Shown here: one piece after another, positions 50,619 through 64,000 of the stretch
How the letters are laid out: each line of letters opens with the position of its first letter
Numbering within the stretch: the first letter of the stretch is position 1
IMG/VR virus record: IMGVR_UViG_3300029186_000001
Source of the DNA: a virus
Lineage: Duplodnaviria; Heunggongvirae; Uroviricota; Caudoviricetes
Strand: one strand, 5' to 3'
DNA length: 64,000 nucleotides
Notes under the pieces: model-generated
The model's input: only the letters and a program-made list of their open reading frames with translations
The model's database searches: none
What the model was told of the DNA's origin: nothing
Position numbers and translations under genes: made by a program

Positions 50619-51836
50619 ATGCCAACTGAATATGCTCGCGACAACCTTGGTCGCTATCAGACTGATGGATTAAGTGCAAAAGACTTTAACAAGGTCTTCG
50701 ATCTTATCCGTAAACAGCAGCGTCAGAATCGGCGAAACGCGCGACGTACACTCACCCCAAGGATTATGGGGATGCGTAACCGCGAACTTGAGGCATTCCT
50801 CAGCCTTGGGAAAAAGAAAGATGGCACCTACTTTACGCCCGAAGATATACGCAGTTTCAACACCTCAAGGCAGGCTCATAAAACCAAATTCAAGAGCACG
50901 GTACCCGGCATTACCTATGCTCAGCTGGTGGCGCAGTCCACCAGCATTGATATAAAACGCGCTAACAACAAGGTTTCTGATGGCACAGGGATCAAAGCCG
51001 CGACATTCCTCGGGCTAAAACACAACCTTGCATTGATATCTGTTAATGCCTCGGATGAGTCGGTCCACCAGCATCACCGTGTCAGAATTCGATTTGAGGA
51101 ATGGGATAAAGCCGTTGAGGAAATTGCTGAAGACGGTGCGAAAAAAGCCCGAATCGCTGCCGATCTCTGCAAGGGCCGGGTATCTTTCGACTGTGATTGT
51201 GGACGCCATCAATACTGGTATCGTTATATGGCCACGGCTGGTAACTATGCTGTCGCGCCGCCAAAAGAGTATGCATTCCCCAAAATCCGCAACCCTGATC
51301 TGACTGGTGTGGCTTGCAAACATGTTTTGCACGCTATGACGCGTTTTCAGTCTCCCACATGGCACAAGGCCATCATTATTGCCCTGGAAAAAGCAGCTGA
51401 ACAGGTAGCCTTCGGCGATGACAAGCGGAAGACAACAACCTATTTCAAAGGCGAACTGGCTAAATCGCTCGCGCGCAACCGGACAACAACGACGGATCAG
51501 GCTAAAGCGGCGCGTGAGTATGAGTTATATCTGAAATCTCAGGATGCATTAGGCAAAAAACTACGCGCCAAAGATAGCGCCACGGACAACGTTCGCCGGT
51601 TGTTAAAAAAAGCTCGCACCACGGCAAACAGGAAGAATGCCGAACTAAAAGCCTCGCGGGTGAGGGAAGCCCAGGCTCGCGCTGAAGCCGACGCTCTCAA
51701 AAAAGCCCTGCAAACGCAGGCGAACAACCTCATAAAGTTTTTCATGAGTCAGGGAATGGACAAGGCCGCTGCCACCGCGCAGGCGCGAAGCATTCTTGAG
51801 ACACAAATTAACGAAGCCCGTAAACGGAAAGGATAA
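50619..51836 (+). CDS. Hypothetical protein with Cys/His cluster
   Basis: 405-aa ORF; CDCGRHQYWYRYMATAGNYAVAPP...CKHVLHAM. Confidence 0.5.
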   Translation: MPTEYARDNLGRYQTDGLSAKDFNKVFDLIRKQQRQNRRNARRTLTPRIMGMRNRELEAFLSLGKKKDGTYFTPEDIRSFNTSRQAHKTKFKSTVPGITYAQLVAQSTSIDIKRANNKVSDGTGIKAATFLGLKHNLALISVNASDESVHQHHRVRIRFEEWDKAVEEIAEDGAKKARIAADLCKGRVSFDCDCGRHQYWYRYMATAGNYAVAPPKEYAFPKIRNPDLTGVACKHVLHAMTRFQSPTWHKAIIIALEKAAEQVAFGDDKRKTTTYFKGELAKSLARNRTTTTDQAKAAREYELYLKSQDALGKKLRAKDSATDNVRRLLKKARTTANRKNAELKASRVREAQARAEADALKKALQTQANNLIKFFMSQGMDKAAATAQARSILETQINEARKRKG

Positions 51837-54983
<3,147 letters not shown>

Positions 54984-55008
54984 GAAAAGCCCGGCGTTCG
55001 GGCTTTTC
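54984..55008. terminator. Bidirectional rho-independent terminator
   Basis: gaaaagcccg-gcgtt-cgggcttttc between convergent genes. Confidence 0.75.
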
Positions 55009-55029
55009 TGTTATGACGGGTTCAATTTT

Positions 55030-56028
55030 TTATCCGTTACCGCGCGACGGTTTCTGCGTGATAAACGTCTCAAGCATCTTTTCCGCAATTGCCGACCAGG
55101 TGTGACACTGGACCTTTTCAGCATTTTTCACGCGATCAACGCGAGCAATAACCTCATCCCAATCAATCCGCGACTTGATAACCATATGGTTCACCAACTC
55201 CAGGCGATCCGGCGGAAGGCAATCGGGCGGAGTTAATATCAACGCTCCACACATTGCCGCCTCAAGAACAGTTAATCCAAGGCTTTCGGGATGCGTAACG
55301 ATAAAAATGTCACTCTTACGCAATTCAGCTGCAAATTCGGTTGCTGGTACCGGAGTCCGTCTGTATGGGGTTACCGAAATATTCCCCGGCTCAATGGTAA
55401 CCAATCCGTCATCGGTCAGCGTTTTGGCCTCATACGGAACGGTCAGGCGCTGAAGGTTCATAAGGATACTTAAGGAGTGATCAAACCCACTAACATCAAA
55501 TGCCGCGTGGTCTACAAAAATACGCAGAACATCGTCTGTTTTGGTTTCCAGATGGAACAGCTCCTGATTCGCTGCCCATCCAACATGTTTGTTAAAACGA
55601 TTATGACGCTCTAACCTGCCGGGATTATCCAGGTACCGCCAGGTATCATCGCGGACAGTAAAAGTAATATCGACTGGTGCCGAATCCAGCATAGAACCGT
55701 CATATACCTGGGCTACCCATCCAGAGAATCGGCGACACAGTTGCATGCCTATTTCCCTGGGTACCGTAGTAAAATACCTCAATCCTGGTGCCAAAATGGC
55801 CTTCGCAGAACATGCGGTCGCAGCAGTCAACACAGCTTCAACATAATCCTCCGGGCTTTCGACGCCAGGGGAATATGGACGATGGTATTGCAATGTTACC
55901 CCTGCCTCACTAAAGGCGCAGGCCAGGTTATAAGCCCACATTTCCGTATATGTTTTCACATCACTGATGGCTGCAAATTTTCGCCCAATGATCAGGATGT
56001 TCATCGGCTTTTCCTCATTCCATTGCAT
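55030..56028 (-). CDS. Glycosyltransferase-like protein downstream of ban
   Basis: 332-aa ORF; FIVTHPESLGLTVLEAAMCGALIL resembles GT-B C-terminal motif. Confidence 0.45.
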   Translation of the reverse strand: MQWNEEKPMNILIIGRKFAAISDVKTYTEMWAYNLACAFSEAGVTLQYHRPYSPGVESPEDYVEAVLTAATACSAKAILAPGLRYFTTVPREIGMQLCRRFSGWVAQVYDGSMLDSAPVDITFTVRDDTWRYLDNPGRLERHNRFNKHVGWAANQELFHLETKTDDVLRIFVDHAAFDVSGFDHSLSILMNLQRLTVPYEAKTLTDDGLVTIEPGNISVTPYRRTPVPATEFAAELRKSDIFIVTHPESLGLTVLEAAMCGALILTPPDCLPPDRLELVNHMVIKSRIDWDEVIARVDRVKNAEKVQCHTWSAIAEKMLETFITQKPSRGNG

Positions 56029-57398
56029 TAATAATCCTCTTGCCAGTCAGCACCGGCATAGTTATCAAACCGTGAGTATTGGCCGTTAAAAGCCAATCTC
56101 ACCGTGCCAATTGGGCCATTTCGTTGCTTTCCGATAATTACCTCGGCAATGCCCTTCATTTCGCTATCCGGGTGATAAACTTCGTCGCGATACAGAAACA
56201 TAATCAGGTCTGCGTCCTGCTCAATTGCTCCTGATTCACGTAAATCTGAATTTACCGGTCGTTTGTCCGCACGCTGTTCAAGCGATCGATTAAGTTGTGA
56301 CAATGCCACCACCGGTACTTGTAATTCCTTCGCCAACGCCTTCAGTGAGCGAGAAATCTCGGCAATTTCCAGCGTTCGGTTATCTTGCAGCTCGGGGACG
56401 CGCATAAGTTGCAGGTAGTCGATCATAATCATGCTCAAACCACCATTTTCTTTATAAACACGACGAGCGCGGGAACGTAGCTCTGTCGGCGTCAGGGCGC
56501 TTGAGTCATCAATAAAAATATTCTGCTTGTCCAACAGAATACCCATTGCGCCAGAAACCCGCGCCCAATCCTCGTCGTTAAGTTGCCCTGTCCGAATACG
56601 AGTCTGATCAACGCGTGCAAGAGAAGCCAGTGAGCGCATCATCAGCTGGTGGCTCGGCATCTCAAGGCTAAAAACCAATACGGGCTTATCGTTACGAACT
56701 GCGGCATTTTCGACGAGATTCATCGCAAACGTGGTCTTCCCCATAGATGGGCGGGCGGCGACAATGATGAGATCGGACGGCTGAAGCCCTGCCGTCTTCT
56801 TATTGAGATCGGTAAATCCCGTATCAAGCCCCGTTACACCATCATGTGGTCGCTGAAACAACTCTTCTATGCGAGATACCGTTGCATCGAGAATGCTGGC
56901 GATATCTTTTGGACCACTACCGCTCTTTTGTCGTTTTTCAGCTATTTCAAAAACGCGGCGCTCGGCCATATCCAGCAATTCATTGCTGCCCCTGCCATCC
57001 TGCGCATATCCAGCTTCGGCTATTTCATTTGCGACGGAAATCATTTCACGAACAACCGCGCGTTCACGAACGATATCCGCATAAGCACAAATATTTGCCG
57101 CGCTGGGCGTGTTCTTTGACATCTCCGCAAGGTACGCAAAACCACCGGCGCGTTCTAATTTACCGTTCTGTTCAAGTGCTTCAGCAAGTGTTATCAAATC
57201 AATCGGTTTGCCATGACTTAATAACCTCTCCATCTCACTGAAAATTTCACGATGAGCACTGGTATAAAAATCATCAGCAACTATACGATCTGCAACTTCA
57301 TCCCAGCGGCAGTTATCAAGCATTAAGCCACCAAGTACAGCTTGTTCTGCACTAAGGGAATTTGGCATGGATTCAAGAGGGGATGCAGACATTAGCAC
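56028..57398 (-). CDS. ban: Replicative DNA helicase Ban (DnaB family)
   Basis: 456-aa ORF; N-terminal AEQAVLGGLMLDN and RecA-like core with GKTTFA Walker A. Confidence 0.9.
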   Translation of the reverse strand: MLMSASPLESMPNSLSAEQAVLGGLMLDNCRWDEVADRIVADDFYTSAHREIFSEMERLLSHGKPIDLITLAEALEQNGKLERAGGFAYLAEMSKNTPSAANICAYADIVRERAVVREMISVANEIAEAGYAQDGRGSNELLDMAERRVFEIAEKRQKSGSGPKDIASILDATVSRIEELFQRPHDGVTGLDTGFTDLNKKTAGLQPSDLIIVAARPSMGKTTFAMNLVENAAVRNDKPVLVFSLEMPSHQLMMRSLASLARVDQTRIRTGQLNDEDWARVSGAMGILLDKQNIFIDDSSALTPTELRSRARRVYKENGGLSMIMIDYLQLMRVPELQDNRTLEIAEISRSLKALAKELQVPVVALSQLNRSLEQRADKRPVNSDLRESGAIEQDADLIMFLYRDEVYHPDSEMKGIAEVIIGKQRNGPIGTVRLAFNGQYSRFDNYAGADWQEDY

Positions 57399-57678
57399 TC
57401 CACCCAGGCGTGCTGAATGTCAGATATAATCGGCATACTCAAATCACTCCTAACGATATGAGTCATCACCAGAAAATCAGGATTAATGCGCCGGACTCTT
57501 CCCGGCTGTCACACCGAATCGCCAGGATGGTGAATCCCTTTACCCGAGAAACAACAAACGGTGGCTTGCACATTCCGGCTACCTGGTTCGTTGCCTGAGC
57601 TAGGGGCAAGGTTCCCCCCTTTTAACGTCACCAGACCGCTAACGACGCATGTGCCAGACGCCGTGTTACAACCAAATA

Positions 57679-57754
57679 TGGTGGCCCCTACCGGACTTGA
57701 ACCGGTGACCGTGCGATTATGAGTCGCCAGCTCTAACCACTGAGCTAAAGGGCC
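57679..57754 (-). tRNA. tRNA with CAU anticodon (Met/Ile2-like, resembles ileX)
   Basis: Manual fold: 7-bp acceptor, GCTCAGTGGTTAGAGC D-arm, CTCATAA anticodon loop, GGTTCAAGTCC T-arm, CCA end. Confidence 0.8.
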
Positions 57755-57781
57755 GGATTACTGCCAATTTTGCTTACGCTT

Positions 57782-58609
57782 TTATTTCACCGGAACAAAC
57801 GGAACAGCGGTATTACTGGTCATATACTGCGGTAATGTACCGTTCCATTTGTTGATCGCTTCCAACTCCATAACACCGGGGTTCTGGCGCAGAGCTTCAC
57901 CACGTAAACGAATGGCATCAGCTTCGGCCTGGGCTTTTGTGCGAATAGCATCAGCCTGTCCGGCAGCTTCCGCGCGCAGCATGTTGGCCTCTGCTTCACG
58001 TTGTTTGACCTCTTGCTCGCGTTGCAGGGTTTTTTGGTTTGCCGTGACTTTGGCGTTAATACTGTCAATAACTGTTGGCGGGTATTCTGGCTTACCTACA
58101 TAAGAGAGGCTCATCACCTGAATGCCGATTGGCGTCATTTCTTCCTGAATGTCTTTAAGGGCTGCATCAAGCAATTCAGATTTGCCACCGTCGATAAATT
58201 TGTCGGTGGTCATTTTGCTGGCTAACCGGTTCAGAGCATCTGCAACCTTCTGGCGTAGATCGGTATCAGTAATATCATCTACACCTTTGCGATAGGTCTG
58301 AAATACCGTTGTGACTTTTGCTGGATCAACCTTGTAGGCTACGCCGATGTGGTAACCAATGGTTGTTCCGTCGCTCATCTGGAAGCTGAACGGCTCATCG
58401 TATGTCTTCATTTGCTTAAAGGTCGGGAAGATATAAACTTCAGTATTCAAGCCTGTCCAGTAGCGACCAACGCCAACTACTTCACCGATACCTTTATCAT
58501 CCCCCAGCTTATTTACTTTGATCCCTACGTTACCTGGCTCTACCCGATCGCATCCGGTCAGACATAAAGAACCCAAAATAATCGCTGCACTAATCAACGT
58601 TTTTTTCAT
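57782..58609 (-). CDS. plp: Lipoprotein with coiled-coil/Band-7-like region
   Basis: 275-aa ORF; lipobox LSLCLTGC in signal peptide. Confidence 0.6.
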   Translation of the reverse strand: MKKTLISAAIILGSLCLTGCDRVEPGNVGIKVNKLGDDKGIGEVVGVGRYWTGLNTEVYIFPTFKQMKTYDEPFSFQMSDGTTIGYHIGVAYKVDPAKVTTVFQTYRKGVDDITDTDLRQKVADALNRLASKMTTDKFIDGGKSELLDAALKDIQEEMTPIGIQVMSLSYVGKPEYPPTVIDSINAKVTANQKTLQREQEVKQREAEANMLRAEAAGQADAIRTKAQAEADAIRLRGEALRQNPGVMELEAINKWNGTLPQYMTSNTAVPFVPVK

Positions 58610-58826
58610 TAATTAATTTCCTGGTTTTTTCACGAAAAAAGACTACTGCGAAAGCCGGGTAAATGAGCGCGAGAAGGACTCCCAACAATACAAGTATTGT
58701 GCTGTTAGATGAGATCATATTTGGCAAAAGCCAAACATACAGAACCAGTGACACAATCAAACAGAGGACGGCATAAATATATAACCGCACCCATAGCGTT
58801 CGACATTTGTTCGGATTGTTCTGCAT
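58590..58826 (-). CDS. Small membrane protein
   Basis: 78-aa ORF with two hydrophobic segments overlapping plp start. Confidence 0.4.
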   Translation of the reverse strand: MQNNPNKCRTLWVRLYIYAVLCLIVSLVLYVWLLPNMISSNSTILVLLGVLLALIYPAFAVVFFREKTRKLINEKNVD

Positions 58827-59754
58827 CCTCTCACTCCATTATTTAACGAATAAAAAAGCTGCGGTGCCGGGTGCCTCCCGGTGTCCTTTGGCTGGTTATC
58901 CACCGTGGACGGGGAAACAAGGAGAAATGAATGGACTGATATAACCATTTCCCCGCGTGCGCTTAGCCGCATTCACCGCAACGGAAAGAGCATTCTTGGT
59001 GGACCTGTAGATTGGGATATGAACCCGTTACAGGAGAATGCTCTTACCTGTTACGTGCTCCGTTTCGTGGAGCTAACGGCGGGTGATCGGGCCGCACCAG
59101 GCTGGACTTATTTCAGCGTTATGCTCATGCCAGAGAATCAAACTGTGATGGTCGGTGCTGAACTCCGACACAGGGTTGTAGCAAGCCCCGCAAAGCGCGC
59201 ACTACTGTAGTTGCGGCACATCAGCCTGTGCATTCACCACAATGTTGATAACACTGGTTGTCACGCTGCAACGCAACATTTATTCGTAGATTGGGATATG
59301 ACCCCGTTACGCCAGTGTTCTCAACGTTGTAGTGCCGGTTACGGTTCCGGCCAGGCCTCTTCCTCAACGGGGTGTTCTCCATACGGACTACCGTTTATTG
59401 GTCGTTCCTGCGGTTTATGTTGTGAAGCCAGATGCTTATCTTCTGGTTGCTTCAAAGAGCTGCACTTCATCACAACGGTAAGAGCACTCGATGCATTTAA
59501 GCCAAGCCCCATAAGGGAGAATGCCCTTACCTGTTGTGTTGTGATGACCGGTGCTGATCTCCGGCTTGCGGTTATTTCAGACTCTCACGGGCGTTTAATT
59601 GCCCCGCCGAACAGCTCTTTTCCGCAATAGCTGCAATGTCTTTCGCGCATCAGCCTGCGCATTCATCACAACGGTAAGGGTACTTTGTAGGGATTCGAAC
59701 CCTCTGCCAAGCTCGGCGATCTCCGACGTCGCAAAATACCCTTACCTGTTGTGC

Positions 59755-59830
59755 TGGTGCCGATTAACGGACTCGAACCGCTGACATCCTGCTTACAAGG
59801 CAGGCGCTCTACCAACTGAGCTAAACCGGC
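59755..59830 (-). tRNA. tRNA-Thr (UGU)
   Basis: Manual fold: GCCGGTT acceptor, CTTGTAA anticodon loop, GGTTCGAGTCC T-arm, CCA end. Confidence 0.8.
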
Positions 59831-59832
59831 AT

Positions 59833-59908
59833 TGGCGATGGTGGATGGATTTGAACCATCGACCCGTTGATTAACAGTCAACCGCTCTAACCGCTGAGCT
59901 ACACCATC
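59833..59908 (-). tRNA. tRNA-Asn (GUU)
   Basis: Manual fold: GATGGTG acceptor, CTGTTAA anticodon loop, GGTTCAAATCC T-arm, CCA end. Confidence 0.8.
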
Positions 59909-60562
59909 ACTTGCCGGGTACGTCTCCGGCGAGGGCTTCCACCTCCGTATGCTTTTCGGCGCACCGCGCCCTGGCTGCAATTCGGTAACAGGGGATGCAT
60001 AACCCTGGCTTCCAGCGTGATTAGCGCCTTCAGCATGACGGGATATACCCGTAAATTCGTGGAACTGTACCCAAAGTGCTGTTAAGCACCGCTGTTACGC
60101 TGAAAAGAAGACGCAACAGGAAAGGACGCTGACCAACAGATGGCCCCTTCTCGTTCATCTGGTTAATCACACCAGCGCCCTTACCTGTTGTGCCTCCCCG
60201 TTCCCTAATACACAGACGGGGACACTCTGCGGTCGATTTTTTGACGGGGGACGACTCATACCCCGTGGCGTCTGGCTTCTTAGGCCGCTACCATCATCAG
60301 ATCATCGTTTGCATTTACTTTAATGGTCAGTTTCTAAACCGCCGCAAAGTCGCTAACCATGACGAAAACCCTGAAAAAAACGCCCACCCGAAGATGGGCA
60401 AACTGGAAGCTCGTAACGCACTTCGGCGTTGCCACTTAGGCGCATGGTCAACCTGGCAACTCGGTGGTTTGTCTGGGAGGACTAGGCCCAGCCATGCTTA
60501 CCGCCGCGCCTGTCGCGGCTAACAGCTAAATCGCTCTATAAATCACGATTCATTGAGGCGAT

Positions 60563-60590
60563 ATTACACTAATAAATTTATTAGAGCAAT
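60563..60590. promoter_or_regulatory. Overlapping pair of C1 operator-like 17-mers (bipartite palindromic)
   Basis: attacactaataaattt overlapping aaatttattagagcaat. Confidence 0.55.
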
Positions 60591-62845
60591 ACAGCCAAAA
60601 CGTCATGAGCTACACCTCGAGTGTCCCCCTTACAAGACACAGAACGTCTGGCAAAAAGAGGTTCCACTCTGAAGCCACTGTCATGATAAAGCTCTCTGAT
60701 GTTTGGCGCGCCACTGTTAGTAATGAGAACCTTTGCACCTCGACGATGAGCATCCGTCAACAGAGACACCAGGCGTTTTTGCTCTTCAAACTTAAAGTCA
60801 TGACCGGAATAGTTCGTGAATCCCTCTGTATTTGGAAGCGGTTCATACGGCGGATCGCAAAAGATGACATCTCCTTCTCCGGCAGCTTCAATCACCGCTG
60901 CAAAATCACCGCATACAAACTCAGACCGCCCTTCCGCACCGAGGAAGGCTTCCATCTCCTGTAATGGGAAATACGGAGTTTTATACTTCCCGTAACCGAC
61001 ATTGAACTCACCGGCCTGGTTGTAACGCGTCAATCCGTTAAAACAATGTCGGTTCAGGAACAAAAACGCCGCTGCGCGATGTAAATCATCATAGACTTGT
61101 TTGTTAAACGCATTCCGTACTGCCAGGTATCCTTCCTGTGTGTTGTAGTCCTGGAAGAAACGATGCGCCAGTGTGATAAGTGAATGCGCCTCGCGTTGCA
61201 GAGTCTTGTAAAAGTTAATCAGGTCAGCATTCACATCATTTAGCAGATTTTCCTGGTATCCGGCATTCGTGAAGACAGCTCCGCCACCGACAAAAGGTTC
61301 GATCAGGCGCTTCCCTTCTGGCAAATAGCGAAAGATTTGTTCCAGAACACCAAATTTTCCACCAGCCCATTTGAATATGGACCGTTCGAATTCTGCCGCT
61401 GGTTTAACTTTTCGCTCTTTTGTTTCACTTCCTTCTTTCTGCCGACATACGGCCTTAGTAATCCGATCGCCAATCCAGCGCATTACTGGTATTGCCATAC
61501 TATTGCCGATCGCTTTGTAACGCGGTCCGTCAGCTGCAAGCATCGCGGCCTCTTCTTCGCTTAAATCTGGATAGTGATTGCGAAGATATGCCAGTTCATC
61601 TGAATTAACTTTTTTACGCTTTTCCGTCGGGATCAACGTATGCCCATCAGGAAAACCTTGCAGCCTTTCACATTCGACAGGGGTAAGACGGCGGACAGCT
61701 ACTTCTGCGTTTCTTACTTCATAGCAAACAGCTGTTGGATTTTTAGCCATTAGAGATGGTGAAGTATTCTTAGTTGCAGCATGTTGTGTACCGCTCATAC
61801 GCTCAGGAAAAGCCAATGTAACAAGATGCTCATGGCTTTCTTGCTCACGTGCCCGCAATGTACCATGCCCTTCTGACCAAAAACCTGCTCCTGTGCTGCT
61901 AAAAACGGCAAGGTCAGTGGCATCTTTAAAATCTCTTGCCTTTACTGTCGATGCGGTTTCATCGTCAATATATTCCCCAAATGCTGCCATCCTGAAAGCG
62001 TTTACGGCTTTCGTCGATTTCATACCGGGTGGCATGTCAGCGTGTAGGCATGGATTTAGGCTTTCGCCACTGATTGCAGCGCCATTTGCAATAATGGCGG
62101 AAGCGATTTCCTTCTTTTTTCGGCTCGGCGCAATATTCCGACGCACGCCTTCGAACTCAAAAAGTACCGTTGCGGGATCGAGGTCTGTTCGAGCACTTGC
62201 GACAACAAACACGCGTCGGCGTCGTTGTGCCACTCCGAAGTATTGGGCATCAAGGATTCTCCAGGCCACCTTTCGCTGCGGTCCATAAATACAACCACAC
62301 TGCGGCCACTTTGGAGCATGGCAACCGGTTTTGCCATCCCACCGCCAGAACGCGTTACTTTTTCCTGATTCAGGTCGATCACCTGGTTCAAATGGCGCAT
62401 CTTCTCCAGCCAATCCGGCAAGGAAACATCCGAAGGCGTTATCTGCCGATGACAGGACTCCTGGGACATTTTCCCAGACGATAACTGTCGGTTTGAGGAA
62501 GGACTCAGACCGTTTGTCGTCAATTGCATTTGCAAGCTCCACATACTTCAAAGTTAGCGCGCCGCGTTCATCATCAAGCCCACCACGTAAGCCCGCGATA
62601 CTGAATGCCTGACAAGGCGTACCCCCGACGAGCACATCAGGGGATTCGATTTCCCCAGCCAGGACTTTTTTGGCAAGTTTTGTCATGTCGCCAAGGTTGG
62701 CGACATGGGGCCAGCGGTGCGCAAGAACGGCAGATGGAAAAGGCTCGATTTCAGCAAACCACGCCGGACGCATACCCAACGGTTCCCAGGCAATACTCGC
62801 GGCTTCAATTCCACTGCAAACAGATCCATAGCACAGCTCTTTCAC
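60581..62845 (-). CDS. dmt: Bifunctional DNA methyltransferase Dmt (N6-adenine plus C5-cytosine domains)
   Basis: 754-aa ORF; N-terminal [16 protein letters not shown] (C5-MTase motif I-like) and C-terminal DPPY-type region FCDPPYEP. Confidence 0.8.
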   Translation of the reverse strand: MKELCYGSVCSGIEAASIAWEPLGMRPAWFAEIEPFPSAVLAHRWPHVANLGDMTKLAKKVLAGEIESPDVLVGGTPCQAFSIAGLRGGLDDERGALTLKYVELANAIDDKRSESFLKPTVIVWENVPGVLSSADNAFGCFLAGLAGEDAPFEPGDRPESGKSNAFWRWDGKTGCHAPKWPQCGCIYGPQRKVAWRILDAQYFGVAQRRRRVFVVASARTDLDPATVLFEFEGVRRNIAPSRKKKEIASAIIANGAAISGESLNPCLHADMPPGMKSTKAVNAFRMAAFGEYIDDETASTVKARDFKDATDLAVFSSTGAGFWSEGHGTLRAREQESHEHLVTLAFPERMSGTQHAATKNTSPSLMAKNPTAVCYEVRNAEVAVRRLTPVECERLQGFPDGHTLIPTEKRKKVNSDELAYLRNHYPDLSEEEAAMLAADGPRYKAIGNSMAIPVMRWIGDRITKAVCRQKEGSETKERKVKPAAEFERSIFKWAGGKFGVLEQIFRYLPEGKRLIEPFVGGGAVFTNAGYQENLLNDVNADLINFYKTLQREAHSLITLAHRFFQDYNTQEGYLAVRNAFNKQVYDDLHRAAAFLFLNRHCFNGLTRYNQAGEFNVGYGKYKTPYFPLQEMEAFLGAEGRSEFVCGDFAAVIEAAGEGDVIFCDPPYEPLPNTEGFTNYSGHDFKFEEQKRLVSLLTDAHRRGAKVLITNSGAPNIRELYHDSGFRVEPLFARRSVSCKGDTRGVAHDVLAVLL

Positions 62846-63750
62846 TGCTTAGCCTCTCCACCAAGGGCATTTACCAGAGCATCAACCAGGCACGAAATTT
62901 CACTGGTCAACAGGAAGAAATCTGCGTCCAGTCGCTGCGCAACATCTTCACTATCAATATCAGAGTTCTGCTCAAGCAATTCATCCGCAAATTTGACGCT
63001 GGTAAGGCTGAAGTTATGGTCCAGTGTAAATTTAATGCGGTTCTGCCAGTCGAGTGCCAACTTAGTAACGAGCTTGCCAGCTTCCAGGTGTGTGGAAATT
63101 TCATCGCTTCCCAAATCCTGCTTTTTCACTCGGGCAATACCGCCATCCTCAAGCACTGCCTTAAGTTCTGCCGCATCCCCCATTTGAAATCCCTGTGGAG
63201 CACTACCATCACGTACCCAGTCGGTCAGCGTTAATTCAATGGGATTTTCAACACTCAGGGGAACAACAGGAAGAGAACCCAGAGACTTACGCATAAGCGC
63301 GAGCATATCCTCTGCCTGCCGCGCGCTGGCATTGATATAGATACGTTTAGTTGAACCGTCGTAGATCGCCTGGATAACAGAAAACTTTGAAAAAGCCCGT
63401 GGCAGAAGAGAATGCAGAACTTCGTCTTTCAGGGAGTCCTTCTCTGTTTTCTTCAGTTTACGCGCTTGTTCTTGCTCAAGTTTTTCAATTTTTTCTTGAA
63501 TAGCTCGCTGGATAACCGGCGGGGGAAGAATTTTTGTTTCGCGCTTTGCTTCAACAAGGATAAAACCATTTCCATGCATAGCGATAACTTCGGAATTATC
63601 ACCAAATGGAGATACAAAACCGAACTTGGCCATATCCTGACTACCGCATGGCGTGAAAAGGATCATTTTCTTTTTATCTTCTAAGTCGGTCAGATCCGCC
63701 TCACGAGAAAGTTTATAAATAGTAATGTTTTTCCAGTGCTTAAACATGTT
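62842..63750 (-). CDS. hrdC: RdgC-like recombination-associated protein HrdC
   Basis: 303 aa from ATG at 63750; [16 protein letters not shown]...[13 protein letters not shown]...[23 protein letters not shown] aligns closely with E. coli RdgC. Confidence 0.85.
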   Translation of the reverse strand, partial: NMFKHWKNITIYKLSREADLTDLEDKKKMILFTPCGSQDMAKFGFVSPFGDNSEVIAMHGNGFILVEAKRETKILPPPVIQRAIQEKIEKLEQEQARKLKKTEKDSLKDEVLHSLLPRAFSKFSVIQAIYDGSTKRIYINASARQAEDMLALMRKSLGSLPVVPLSVENPIELTLTDWVRDGSAPQGFQMGDAAELKAVLEDGGIARVKKQDLGSDEISTHLEAGKLVTKLALDWQNRIKFTLDHNFSLTSVKFADELLEQNSDIDSEDVAQRLDADFFLLTSEISCLVDALVNALGGEAKQ

Positions 63751-64000
63751 GTAACCCTTGAATATCAACCACAGAAAGCTCGTCTTTGTAGAAAAAGGCC
63801 AGGTTGTGGCACCCCCTCGTTTGAGCGTATGAGCTGGGACCAATTTCGTTCTTCCAGACAAATGGCTTCAAATCCGTACGGCGAAGCATAAAAACGCGAT
63901 TTGTTCCGCTCTGATTCCCAATGAGGCAAAAGCCTTCTTTCACCTTGATAGCCTGCAAGTTGTCGAGTTCACCGCTGGTTACACGGCTATCGAACTCCTT
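63740..64000 (-). CDS. Hypothetical protein, 3-prime end only (runs off window)
   Basis: Minus-strand frame ending at 63740, just upstream of hrdC start. Confidence 0.3.
   Translation of the reverse strand, partial: KEFDSRVTSGELDNLQAIKVKEGFCLIGNQSGTNRVFMLRRTDLKPFVWKNEIGPSSYAQTRGCHNLAFFYKDELSVVDIQGLQHV

Noticed and set aside
59211-59630. 139-aa Cys-rich ORF, and the neighbouring 109-aa ORF at 58881-59210
   Set aside because: They overlie the hairpin-repeat family, have implausible composition and no ribosome-binding sites; more likely non-coding repeat DNA than genes
59680-59755. Possible fourth tRNA on the minus strand
   Set aside because: It contains a T-arm-like GGTTCGAATCC hairpin but lacks a canonical acceptor stem, D-arm and CCA end; treated as a tRNA-like remnant or structured repeat
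58880-60200. CRISPR array
   Set aside because: The repeats are imperfect and irregularly spaced, and no cas genes are present

Overview
This window reads as a large co-linear stretch of a P1-like temperate phage-plasmid from an enterobacterial host; a Cre recombinase with a canonical 34-bp loxP and the Phd/Doc addiction pair are recognisable directly from sequence. All gene names are assigned from recalled P1 gene order, protein sizes and family motifs, not from any database search. Left to right: a Cin-controlled invertible tail-fibre region with at least four cassettes and four crossover sites, cin, lydA/lydB, the darA antirestriction operon (hdf-darA-ddrA-ddrB), ssb, the SAR endolysin lyz, pro/prt, the 2255-aa DarB, ulx, then ref, cre/loxP, coi, c1, pacB/pacA with the pac hexamer cluster, lpa, doc/phd, humD (with a LexA box), hot, a long block of small minus-strand genes including ppp, putative baseplate genes, ban, three tRNAs, dmt and hrdC. 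About a dozen C1-operator-like 17-mers are scattered through the window. The main candidate for a previously undescribed system is an AT-rich ~1.35-kb island (24806-26170) at the position where, from memory, P1 carries its EcoP1I res-mod genes. It holds a single 434-aa gene with an N-terminal SIR2-like (sirtuin/NADase-type) domain and an uncharacterised helical C-terminal domain, sitting between the DarB/Ulx antirestriction genes and ref/cre. Secondary points of interest are the multi-cassette tail-fibre shufflon, a terminase-large-subunit paralog with degenerate Walker motifs, and a family of long hairpin repeats around the tRNA cluster.
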